Assembly: GCA_046726415.1 (NCBI GenBank) | Contig: JBKPAK010000021.1 | Location: 1-35,009 of the forward strand | Reading direction: 5' to 3' | Source: Candidatus Methylomirabilota bacterium | Lineage (GTDB): Bacteria > Methylomirabilota > Methylomirabilia > Rokubacteriales > CSP1-6 | DNA: 35,009 nt | Shown here: positions 1-8,246 of the stretch, piece after piece | Numbering within the stretch: position 1 is the first letter of the stretch | Layout: each line of letters begins with the position of its first letter | The notes under the pieces: model-generated | Seen by the model: the letters and a program-made list of their open reading frames with translations, nothing else | What the model was told of the DNA's origin: nothing | The model's database searches: none | Position numbers and translations under genes: made by a program

Positions 1-202
1 CGGGAGGGGGCGCGGCGCCCCCTCCAAACCTCCCCGCTCGCCCGCCGGGCGACAATGCGCTCATCCAACCTCTCCGTGTGAACCGGGAGGGGGCGCGGCG
101 CCCCCTCCAAACCTCCCCGCTCGCCCGCCGGGCGACAATGCGCTCATCCAACCTCTCCGTGTGAACCGGGAGGGGGCGCGGCGCCCCCTCCAAACCTCCC
201 CG
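1..202. repeat. Perfect 83-bp tandem repeat, about 2.4 copies (1-83, 84-166, 167-202); may continue left of the window
   Basis: Units are identical. Each contains the palindromes GGAGGGGGCGC-G-GCGCCCCCTCC (3-25) and TCGCCCG-C-CGGGCGA (38-52). Confidence 0.95.
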
Positions 203-245
203 TCGGCGCGGGGCGATAGACTGTTCCCTAGCTTTCCCTAGACCG

Positions 246-695
246 CTATCGACGCGAGAGGGCGAGGCCGAGGTAGATGATGACCGCGGCCAGAAAGAGC
301 ACGATGCGGTCGAGCCAGGCGATCGCCCTGAGCGCGGGCGCGGGATCGACCCCCGCTTCCAGGAGTGCTCTGACGCGCGGGAGCTGGGCGAAGTCTCGCT
401 GGCCGGCCACGGCGATGGCCGCGATAACCAGGATGAACTTACCGGCCAGAATCAGCGCGGCGCCGCTCTCGATGACCTGGGCGAGCGGTCCGAGACGGGT
501 GACATTGTAGAACCCGGTGAGCACGACCACAGACGCGGCCGCCCACGAGATCGGCCGGGCGCGCCGGGCCACCTCCACGAAGACATTCACGCGTTTCGGG
601 CGGACTGCCGGCAGCAGCGCGAGTGACTGATAGAGCACGCAGCCGATCCACGTCACGACGGCCAAAAGATGGAGCCAGACGACGAGCAGCGTCAC
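246..695 (-). CDS. CopD/DUF4149-like 4-TM membrane protein
   Basis: Begins WLHLLAVVTWIG, typical of CopD-family N-termini; four hydrophobic segments; GTG start overlaps the upstream stop (GTGA). Confidence 0.65.
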   Translation of the reverse strand: MTLLVVWLHLLAVVTWIGCVLYQSLALLPAVRPKRVNVFVEVARRARPISWAAASVVVLTGFYNVTRLGPLAQVIESGAALILAGKFILVIAAIAVAGQRDFAQLPRVRALLEAGVDPAPALRAIAWLDRIVLFLAAVIIYLGLALSRR

Positions 696-1381
696 CGCGG
701 CGCGAGCGCCGCCAGCACCGCGTGGACGTCGCCGAAATCGTCGAACAGCAGGTCGGGGCCGTGGGCCGCCAGCTCGGCACGCGGATACAGGCCGGTGGCC
801 ACGGCGACGGCGAGGGCGCCGCAGGCGCGCGCACAGTCGATGTCGTGCGGCGTGTCGCCAATGATGACGAGGCGATCGAAGGGCAGATCGCGGCCCGTGA
901 GGTCACGCGTCCGGGCGCGAGCCACGGCGGGTAGCCGGCGACGATCGATGTGATCAGAGCCGAAGGCCCCCACTCGGAAGTACGGCCACAGCCCGGTCGG
1001 CCGCAGCTTCAGCTCAGCGCCCTCGACGATGTTGCCGGTGAGTAGCCCGAGCATGGCGTCCTCCCGCGCACTGAGGATCCGCACGACCGCGTCCATGCCC
1101 GGCATAATCTGCACGCACTCGCCGGCGCCGATGCGAGCTTCGAGGATCCGCGCGTAGGCAGCGAAGCAGACCTCGAGCCGGGCGCCGATGGCGTGGTCGC
1201 TGACTCCGGCGCCGCGCAAGACGTCGACCACGATGCGCTGATCGGTCTTGCCGCGCGTGTCGTAGCCTTCAATGGCGCCGCAGGTACCGTAGACCTCGAG
1301 CAGGGCCTCGGCGATAGCCCGGCGGCCCACGCCACGCGACGAGATCAGCGTGCCGTCGATGTCGAACAGGAACAGACGCAC
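692..1381 (-). CDS. HAD-superfamily hydrolase (phosphoglycolate phosphatase-like)
   Basis: Motif I LFDIDGTL, motif II LLTGN, motif IV IIGDTPHD. Start moved to GTG 1381, just after the iscS-like stop. Confidence 0.9.
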   Translation of the reverse strand: MRLFLFDIDGTLISSRGVGRRAIAEALLEVYGTCGAIEGYDTRGKTDQRIVVDVLRGAGVSDHAIGARLEVCFAAYARILEARIGAGECVQIMPGMDAVVRILSAREDAMLGLLTGNIVEGAELKLRPTGLWPYFRVGAFGSDHIDRRRLPAVARARTRDLTGRDLPFDRLVIIGDTPHDIDCARACGALAVAVATGLYPRAELAAHGPDLLFDDFGDVHAVLAALAPR

Positions 1382-1382
1382 G

Positions 1383-2525
1383 TCAGGGAGCGAGCCGGCG
1401 GAGGCGGTCGACGGCGGCCGGAAGGACACCCAGCACATACTCGACCTCGGCGGATGTGGTCCAGCGCCCGAGACTGAAGCAGAGCGTGCCCTCGGCGTCT
1501 CGCGGGTCGCATCCGATGGCGCGGAGCACGTGAGAAGGCTCGCCGGTCAGACTCGCACATGCGGAGCCCGACGAGGCGGCGACCCCGCGCTGATCCAGCT
1601 CTAGCAGGAGCGCGTCGGCTTTGATCCCCGACACGATGAGGCTAGCGTGGTGCGGGAGTCGCTGGCCGGCGCGGGGGCCCGTGATGCGCGTCCGCGCGAC
1701 CCGCTCGAGCACGCCGACGACGAGGCGGTCGCGCAGGTCGGCCAGCCGCGCTGCCTCCGCTGGCCCCTCCACTCGCAGGAGATCGGCCGCCACGCCCATG
1801 CCCGCGATGGCCGGCAGATTCTCGGTTCCCGCCCGCTGACCCGCCTCCTGAGCTCCACCCAGGATTTGCGGCATGACCCGAACCGTCGAACGGATCCAGA
1901 GGGCCCCCGCCCCGGGCGGGCCATACATATCATTGGAGGAGATGGTCAGAAGGTCAATGCCACACTCGTCGACGAGGAGCGGAATCCGACCGACGGCGCC
2001 AACGGCATCGACGTGCAGGGGCACCCCGCACCGGCGACTTACCCGCCCGATCTCGCGGATCGCCTGGATCGCGCCGATTTCTCCATTGGCCGCCATGATC
2101 GAGACGAGTCGCGTGTCCGGTCGGATCGCCCGGGCGACGGCCGCGGGATCAACCCGCCCTTCGGCGTCCACCCGGAGGTAAGAAATCGAGTGCCCACGCT
2201 TCTCCAGATCTCGACAGGCGTGCAGCACGGAGAGGTGCTCGACGGCGGAGGTCACGACGTGACATCCCGGTGTGTGCTGCGCCGTGCCTCGGACGGCGAG
2301 GTTGTTGGCCTCAGTGGCGCTCGAGGTGAAGATGACGCCAGCGGGGGTGGCGCCGACGAGCCGTGCGATCTTCGCGCGGGATCCCTCGACCGCCGCGCGC
2401 GCCTCGACCCCGAAGGCGTGCGGTGCTGCCGGGTTGCCTACGCCGCCCTCGAGAAAGGGGCGCATGACCGCTAGAACGCGGGGATCGACGGGGGCCAGTC
2501 CTCCGTAGTCGAGATAGACCCGCAA
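1383..2525 (-). CDS. IscS/NifS-like class V aminotransferase-fold protein with the PLP lysine replaced by Asp
   Basis: YLD, GNP, FTSSATEANN, VEH, RAGTEN and SSGSAC (Cys323) are present. The SxHK motif reads SSND (Asp199). Confidence 0.9.
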   Translation of the reverse strand: MRVYLDYGGLAPVDPRVLAVMRPFLEGGVGNPAAPHAFGVEARAAVEGSRAKIARLVGATPAGVIFTSSATEANNLAVRGTAQHTPGCHVVTSAVEHLSVLHACRDLEKRGHSISYLRVDAEGRVDPAAVARAIRPDTRLVSIMAANGEIGAIQAIREIGRVSRRCGVPLHVDAVGAVGRIPLLVDECGIDLLTISSNDMYGPPGAGALWIRSTVRVMPQILGGAQEAGQRAGTENLPAIAGMGVAADLLRVEGPAEAARLADLRDRLVVGVLERVARTRITGPRAGQRLPHHASLIVSGIKADALLLELDQRGVAASSGSACASLTGEPSHVLRAIGCDPRDAEGTLCFSLGRWTTSAEVEYVLGVLPAAVDRLRRLAP

Positions 2526-2529
2526 GGGC

Positions 2530-2763
2530 TCAGGACTTGCGGATGAGGAAGCGGAACACCGAGCCGTTCCGTTCCACAGCCAGAAGCTGGTGACCGGTTC
2601 TGGACGACCAGCTCTTCATGTCGGCCTCCGACGCCGGATCGTCGGAGGTCATCTCAAGGACTTGCCCCGCAGCGAGCTGCTTAACAGCCTCACGTGTTTT
2701 AAGAATCGGCATGGGGCAAAATAGCCCCAGACAGTCGATTTTTCGATCCGGCGCGATTGCCAT
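2530..2763 (-). CDS. tusA: TusA/SirA-family sulfur carrier
   Basis: IDCLGLFCPMP motif and SDDPAS; 77 aa from ATG 2763. Confidence 0.9.
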   Translation of the reverse strand: MAIAPDRKIDCLGLFCPMPILKTREAVKQLAAGQVLEMTSDDPASEADMKSWSSRTGHQLLAVERNGSVFRFLIRKS

Positions 2764-2776
2764 TGGAGGTACAGGA

Positions 2777-2805
2777 ATTGTGACATTGACAGGCAGTGTG
2801 AGCAA
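2777..2805 (-). promoter_or_regulatory. Putative sigma70-type promoter of the tusA operon
   Basis: TTGCTC-17 nt-CACAAT on the minus strand, with an extended -10 TG. Confidence 0.5.
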
Positions 2806-2814
2806 CCGAATAAT
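2786..2814 (+). promoter_or_regulatory. Putative sigma70-type promoter of the GGDEF gene
   Basis: TTGACA (2786-2791), 17 nt spacer, AATAAT (2809-2814). Confidence 0.65.
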
Positions 2815-2816
2815 CA

Positions 2817-3752
2817 GTGGCAGTGGCGGACGCATCTTCCCAGTCGGGCGCGCGCCAGATCGGCCGAACACTTCCCCCCCTTCTCATCGCCGCGACGGTC
2901 ATCGCTCTCCTGGTCCTGGCGTGGCTCGCCTGGGCTTTGCCGCCGACTCGGCTCCCCACCAGATGGGCTTGGATCGGAGCAACCGCCGTGGTGGCCATGG
3001 CAATCGGGATCGGTCTCGGCTGGGGACTGATCGCCGCCTTCACCCGCGGGACCGGGGTCCGCAGCGTACCTCAAGCCCCCATCGCGCATCGACCGAGCGA
3101 GCCTGCCACTGAGGCCGAATCCGTGCAGGCGCTGCGAGCGACGGTGGCTCATCAAGCAGCAGAAATCACCCGGTATCAGGGCCGACTGGAGGAGGTCCTC
3201 AAGGAGCTGGATATCACCAGCGCCCGACTCCAGGAGACATCGTTCACGGACGAACTGACTGGCCTCTACAACCGTCGTTTCTTGTTCGTGCGCCTCGAAG
3301 AGGAGATCTCCCGTCACCGCCGCTTCAATCATCCGGTGAGCGTGGTGCTCTTCGACCTCGACGGATTCAAGGAGGTCAACGATAGACAAGGCCACATGAT
3401 CGGAGACGAAACCCTGCGCGACATCAGTCGAATCGTCACGAGGCACTCTCGGGGGATCGACGTGGTGGTCCGATACGGGGGCGATGAGTTCGCCTTCTTG
3501 CTCGTGGAGACCTCGAAGGCGGGGGCACGGCTCTACGCAGAGCGCATCCGTCAGATCATCTCCACCTATCCGTATTCCCACGACCTGCCCGTGACGGCCA
3601 GCTTCGGCGTGGCCAGCCTTCCCGAGGACACCGCCACCACCGCGGTGGACCTGATACGCATCGCCGACGAGGCGCTCTACGTGGCAAAGCGCGGAGGAAA
3701 GGATCAGGTGGCGGGCGCGCCATCCCCAAATCGGGGGACGCCTCTGGCATAG
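2817..3752 (+). CDS. Membrane-anchored diguanylate cyclase (2 TM, coiled coil, GGDEF); true start may be GTG 2823
   Basis: DELTGLYNRR, FDLDGFKEVND, RGID I-site (RxxD), RYGGDEF, ADEALYVAK. Confidence 0.93.
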   Translation: MAVADASSQSGARQIGRTLPPLLIAATVIALLVLAWLAWALPPTRLPTRWAWIGATAVVAMAIGIGLGWGLIAAFTRGTGVRSVPQAPIAHRPSEPATEAESVQALRATVAHQAAEITRYQGRLEEVLKELDITSARLQETSFTDELTGLYNRRFLFVRLEEEISRHRRFNHPVSVVLFDLDGFKEVNDRQGHMIGDETLRDISRIVTRHSRGIDVVVRYGGDEFAFLLVETSKAGARLYAERIRQIISTYPYSHDLPVTASFGVASLPEDTATTAVDLIRIADEALYVAKRGGKDQVAGAPSPNRGTPLA

Positions 3753-3907
3753 CGGGCGACCCCGGTTCTGATCGTCAACGGCGATCCCGATGTTCGCGAC
3801 ATCGTGGGCCAGACGCGGAAGACGCAGGTGCGGGTGCCGGTTTTCCCAATAGTGCCCGATTCGCTCCAGGCGGAAATCCCGCGACTAGCGCCGAGCCCGC
3901 GTGAGCA

Positions 3908-4057
3908 TCAGCCTCGGTTGATCCCGGGACTGCGGTCATCGGGCCGGCGCTCGGAAATGCGGGAAGAGGCCTGCGACCATTGCTCCCAGATGCCGCGGGC
4001 CAGAAGTCCAAGGCCGAGGAATACAGCACAGAGAATCAGGCCTTCCTCGGTCAGCAC
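3908..4057 (-). CDS. Putative 49-aa single-TM small protein (below the ORF-track cutoff)
   Basis: GTG to TGA reading MLTEEGLILCAVFLGLGLLARGIWEQWSQASSRISERRPDDRSPGINRG; starts 12 nt after the upstream stop. Confidence 0.4.
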   Translation of the reverse strand: MLTEEGLILCAVFLGLGLLARGIWEQWSQASSRISERRPDDRSPGINRG

Positions 4058-4069
4058 GGCGACCGTCAG

Positions 4070-4375
4070 CTAGTGGCGAGGCGTCCAGTAACCCGGCACC
4101 CACATCCACTGGAAGCCATTCCACTGCCACGACGGCTCGATCCACACGAACCCGCGGTGGTGAGGGTGGACATGGTGGCGCGGCGGATTGGCCCGGAGGT
4201 ACTGGTGCAGTCCCAGACGTCCCCACGCCTCGTTCTGCAAGGCGCCCAGCGGGGGTCCAGGGAAAGGTCCGTTCAACCGGTGGCCGTGGCCGCCCGACCC
4301 AGCCCCTACACTTGCGGGCAAAAGGGCCAACGCAAGCGCGGCGAGCAGTCCCGGAAGGCCGAAAGCTCTCATCAT
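4070..4375 (-). CDS. Small secreted protein with a YXWGXW/WxxGxW-type repeat
   Basis: AGGAG RBS, signal peptide, His-rich linker, WIEPSWQWNGFQWMWVPGYW. Confidence 0.7.
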   Translation of the reverse strand: MMRAFGLPGLLAALALALLPASVGAGSGGHGHRLNGPFPGPPLGALQNEAWGRLGLHQYLRANPPRHHVHPHHRGFVWIEPSWQWNGFQWMWVPGYWTPRH

Positions 4376-4607
4376 CTGACTCCTCCTATCGCTAGGACGT
4401 ACCGCGTGCGGCCGCTATGTACGCCTCCGATCCTTTTTATGTACGCCTTCCATCCTTATGTAAGCCACCCATCCATTGTACCGACCCGACGTGCGTGAGG
4501 ATGTCCGGAGCGGCAAGGCCGTGGAAACGCTGCCGCGGTCAAGGCGCCGGATCGGAGTGTGGCATAGTGAGCGACCGAGGTGTTCAATCTGTTGATGCGG
4601 GAGTCGC

Positions 4608-4868
4608 GTGACGAAGACAAGCTCCCTCCCCAAGCTGGCATATCTCACGTGGGTCGACGCCTTCATCTTCACATGCTACTCGATCATCTTCCTGTCGATC
4701 GTCGAGGATATGGCGGTCCACGTGACGTGGCGGAGCGGGCGCCGGCAACTGGCTCGGCAGCTCGACCGCACGAGTCGGTGGGCCTTTCCCCTGGCCTTCC
4801 TCCTCGTCAAGCTCTTCCTCGGCGTCATCTTCCTGGGGGCGCGCGCCACTCCTGTCGCGCTATCCTGA
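4608..4868 (+). pseudogene. C-terminal remnant (M2-M3 loop, M3, M4) of a prokaryotic pentameric ligand-gated ion channel
   Basis: SLPKLAYLT, FLSIVE and LDRTSRWAFPLAF match the GLIC/ELIC C-terminal pattern. In-frame stop at 4593; no extracellular domain, M1 or M2. Confidence 0.75.
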
Positions 4869-4916
4869 ACGCACCGAGGCGACTAGTCCTCGTGCGTGCA
4901 AGCATGTCGGGGAAAC

Positions 4917-4970
4917 GAGGAGCGGGGTCCCGGGCGTTGGGGGGGGCTTCGAGGCCCCTCATCTCATCAA
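4917..4970 (+). repeat. Dispersed REP-like GC hairpin element, copy A
   Basis: GAGGAGCG...TTGGGGGGGGCTTCGAGGCCCCTCATCTCATCAA, similar to 18913-18965. Confidence 0.65.
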
Positions 4971-4985
4971 CCGAGGAGTGATGTC

Positions 4986-5480
4986 ATGGATGACAAGGAG
5001 CAGACGCCGGGAGTCATCGAGACGCAGCTCAAGACCTGGGGCGCCGAACTGGATCGGCTGAAGGCCAGAGTGGACCGTCAGATCGCCGAGGCCAAGAAGG
5101 ACTACTACGAGCAGATCGAGGACCTGCGGGGGGACATGGAGGCGACCCTGCGGAAATGGGGGACCGAACTGGAAAGCGTGCGCAACCGCACAGAGGCGGA
5201 AAGCCAGAAGACGCTCGCGCAGCTCCGGGGCAAGATTGAGGCAGAGCTGAAAGAGTGGCGCCCGGAAATCGAGGGCCTGATGGCCCGCGCCAGCCGCGCT
5301 CAGAATGAGGCTGACCGACTGATCGAGGATCTCAAGGCGCGCCACCGCGCGCTCAAGGCCAAGCTCGGCGAGCTGAAGCACGCCAGCGGGGGAGCCTGGG
5401 GAGATGTCAAGAGCGGTATGGGTAAGGCCTGGGAGGAGCTGAAGCCCGCCCTGCAGAACGCCATCGCCAAGTTCAAGTGA
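4986..5480 (+). CDS. Coiled-coil hypothetical protein (Sll1863-like)
   Basis: GAGGAG RBS before ATG 4986; three E-x-x-L-x-x-W-x-x-E repeats; C-terminus AWGDVKSGMGKAWEELK. Confidence 0.7.
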   Translation: MDDKEQTPGVIETQLKTWGAELDRLKARVDRQIAEAKKDYYEQIEDLRGDMEATLRKWGTELESVRNRTEAESQKTLAQLRGKIEAELKEWRPEIEGLMARASRAQNEADRLIEDLKARHRALKAKLGELKHASGGAWGDVKSGMGKAWEELKPALQNAIAKFK

Positions 5481-5605
5481 GAAGAGGCCGTGGCGGCGCG
5501 GCCGCACTGCCGCGGTGAACTGCGATACAGTCTGGCCCATGACGCCTCGCCAGTCGCTGAGACGCATGTCCTGGAGCGCGCCGCCCGCGCCATGGAGGTC
5601 GAACC

Positions 5606-6949
5606 GTGCAGAAGACGGTCCGCGTCGTCCACTATATCAATCAGTTTTTTGCCGGCGTCGGCGGTGAAGCAGCCGCCAACGCTCCGGTAACCGTCCGTCA
5701 CGAGGTGGTGGGGGCGGCCCGCGCGCTTCAGGGCGCGCTCCCCGCCGAGGCAGAGATCGTCGCCACCTTGGTGGGTGGCGATAACTTCTTCCACGACGAG
5801 CGCGAGCGCGCGCGTGGCGCGGTCCGCGAAGCGCTGCGCGCCGTCCGCCCCGACGTCGTCGTGGCCGGACCCGCCTTCGAAGCCGGCCGCTACGGCATCG
5901 CCTGCGCCGAGGTGTGCCGGGTGGCCGCGGCCGAGGGATTCCCAGCGGTGGCCGCCATGCATCCGAGCAACCCGGGCGTCATGATGCACCGCCGCGAGGT
6001 GCTGATCGTGCCAACGGCGGCGAGCGCGGCGGGCATGCAGGACGCGCTGGCGCCCCTCACGCGCCTCGCGCTCAAGCTCGCGCGAGGCGAGGCGCTCGGA
6101 TCCGCGGAAGCCGAGGGGTATCTTCCGCGGGGTATTCGCCGGACGGCCTACCGCCCGGAGCCCGGTTACCGCCGCGCCGTCGACATGCTCCTCGCCAAGC
6201 TGAATGGCCGGCCGTACCTCAGCGAGATTCCGTATCAGGCTCCCGACATGGTCGAACCGGCGGCACCTATTCGAGAGCTCCGCCGGACGTCGATTGCCCT
6301 CGTCACCACCGGTGGCCTCGTCCCCAAGGGCAATCCCGACGGCCAGACCTCCGGCAACGCCCAGAAGTACTTCCGCTATCCCGTCGATCAGCTCCAGTCG
6401 CTGAGACCGGGCGAATGGGAGGCGTACCACGTCGGCTACTTCACGCACCTGGTGAACAAGAACCCCAACTACGTTCTTCCCCTCGGCTACCTGCGAGAGC
6501 TCGAGAAGGCCGGCGTCATCGGGTCCGTTCACCCGTATGCCTACACTCTGCCCGGGGTCAGCACGCCAGTGGCCCAAGCGGAGCGACTGGGACTCGGTAT
6601 CGCCTCCCAGCTTCGCGAGGCTAAGGTGGGCGCCTGCCTCCTCGTCTCTACCTGAGGGACGTGCAATCGTTGCGGCGCAACGATCGCCAAGGAGATCGAG
6701 CGGGTCGGGATTCCCGTGGCCATGATCTCGGCCATCTATGACCTGGCGCTCACCACGGGGGCCAACCGCGTGGTGCGCGGTTGCCGCATCGAACACGTGT
6801 GCGGCAACCCCGATCTCGGTCCCGAGAAGGACAGGGAATACGGCATGCGCATCATTGCCACCGCCTTGCAGGCCCTGACCACCGCGGTGAGCAGTCCGAC
6901 GCTCTTCGAGCCGCGGAGCGCCTCGGAGGAGACCGCCCATGCGCCTTGA
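5606..6949 (+). CDS. grdB: Glycine/sarcosine/betaine reductase selenoprotein B-like, 447 aa, Sec at UGA 6653-6655
   Basis: VVHYINQFFAGVGGE, GPAFEAGRYG, GGLVPKGNPD. Read-through of the TGA gives ST-U-GTCNRCGA (UxxCxxC) and joins ORF 6716-6949 in frame. Confidence 0.93.
6666..6684 (+). promoter_or_regulatory. Bacterial SECIS-like hairpin for grdB
   Basis: ATCGTTGC-GGC-GCAACGAT, a perfect 8-bp stem with a G-led loop, separated from the UGA by 10 nt. Confidence 0.8.
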
Positions 6950-8246
6950 GCTCGGCACCTTCCCCGTTCGCGAGGCGCGCTTCGGCACGGGGACGCACTG
7001 GGACGATGGCCTGCTCACCGTCGATCGCCAAGCCGTGCTCGACGCCGTTCGGGATGATCCGCTCGTGGCCGCCGCCAGTCTCGAGATCGCGCGACCGGGC
7101 GAGTCCGTCCGGATCTGGCCGGTGCGCGATGTCGTCGAGCCACGAGTCAAGGTAAGCGGTCCGGGAATCGTCTATCCCGGCTGGTTCGGACGCTCCATCG
7201 ACACGGTCGGCACCGGACGGACGCATCGACTGGCGGGGACAGGTGTCGTCGAGGTCTCCTCGGTCAACTGGCACGATGCTGGGGGCGACTTCGTCGACGA
7301 GTACATCGACATGGCGGGGCCGTGGGCCGAGATCACGCCGCAGTCGGCGCTGATCAACATCTGTCTCGTCGTCGAGCCCGAGCCGGCTCTCGCCGTCCAG
7401 ACCAAGAACGAGGTCGTCCATCGGGCCACTTTGGCCGTGTCCGACGCGCTGGCGGCCGCGGTGCGCACGCTGCCCCCGCCAGAGCTGGAAACCTTCGAGC
7501 TGACGGCGGCCCCGGCGATGCTGCCCGGCGTGGTCTACATCCAGTGCGTGCACTCTCCGCAAGCGATGTCCCACTCCGAGCATACGTTCTGTACTGGTAC
7601 CTATGGGCTCACCAGGCTCACCACCCCCTGGCTCCTCCATCCCAACGAGATTCTCGACGGTGCGCTCTCTGGCCCGTACCGGACGCTCTTCGCCACGTCG
7701 TGGACCGTCGTCAACAATCCCATGCTCCTCGACCTTTACCGCCGACACGGTCAGGACCTGCGCTTCCTGGGGGTCATCGTCTTCCGCACGGAGTGGACCA
7801 CGCAGACGGAGAAAGATCTGATGGCGGAACAGGCGGCCAAGCTCGCCAAGATGCTCGGCGCCCAGGGCGCCATCGTCACATGGGATGCCGGCGGCAACGA
7901 ATACATCGAAGTCGTCCACACCGTGCGGGCGTGCGAGCGGCTCGGCATCAAGACGGTGTTCCTCACCAGCGAGGACAGCCCGGAGGGTGGAGCACCGTCG
8001 CTGCTGAAGCCGGTGCCGGAGGCCGATGCCATTGTGAGCACGGGGTTCTTCAACACCCGCTACCTCGGGCTGGGACTCATGCCAGCGGTCGAGCGCGTCA
8101 TCGGCTACGGGTCGAAAGCAGCAGGGCGCGCGGTCGACGCCACCGTCGTCGGCGCTCCCCTGGTCGACACCGTCGGTGCCATCCCGCCTCCGTGGCGGCA
8201 CGACGACCACTACGGCTTCACGCGGCTTTCTTCGTTCGCCTACTGA
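6939..8246 (+). CDS. Glycine/sarcosine/betaine reductase component B proprotein-like subunit (GrdE/GrdG/GrdI family)
   Basis: MRLELG, IARPGESVRI, DVVEPRVKV, GTGRTHRL, YIDMAGP, HPNEILDGA, ACERLGIKTV, DAIVSTG. Confidence 0.88.
   Translation: MRLELGTFPVREARFGTGTHWDDGLLTVDRQAVLDAVRDDPLVAAASLEIARPGESVRIWPVRDVVEPRVKVSGPGIVYPGWFGRSIDTVGTGRTHRLAGTGVVEVSSVNWHDAGGDFVDEYIDMAGPWAEITPQSALINICLVVEPEPALAVQTKNEVVHRATLAVSDALAAAVRTLPPPELETFELTAAPAMLPGVVYIQCVHSPQAMSHSEHTFCTGTYGLTRLTTPWLLHPNEILDGALSGPYRTLFATSWTVVNNPMLLDLYRRHGQDLRFLGVIVFRTEWTTQTEKDLMAEQAAKLAKMLGAQGAIVTWDAGGNEYIEVVHTVRACERLGIKTVFLTSEDSPEGGAPSLLKPVPEADAIVSTGFFNTRYLGLGLMPAVERVIGYGSKAAGRAVDATVVGAPLVDTVGAIPPPWRHDDHYGFTRLSSFAY

Noticed and set aside
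1-202. CRISPR array (36-bp palindromic repeat with 47-bp spacers)
   Set aside because: The two 'spacers' are identical, so this is a plain tandem repeat; there are no cas genes in the window.
4376-4607. Possible ncRNA or riboswitch in the AT-richer intergenic stretch
   Set aside because: I could not recognise a conserved RNA motif or convincing structure by eye; an Rfam scan would be needed.
5300-7150. 616-aa minus-strand ORF (likewise 6852-8369, 16781-18580, 21553-23223, 25825-27168)
   Set aside because: These are antisense shadows of well-supported genes, expected at high GC, and have no recognisable motifs.
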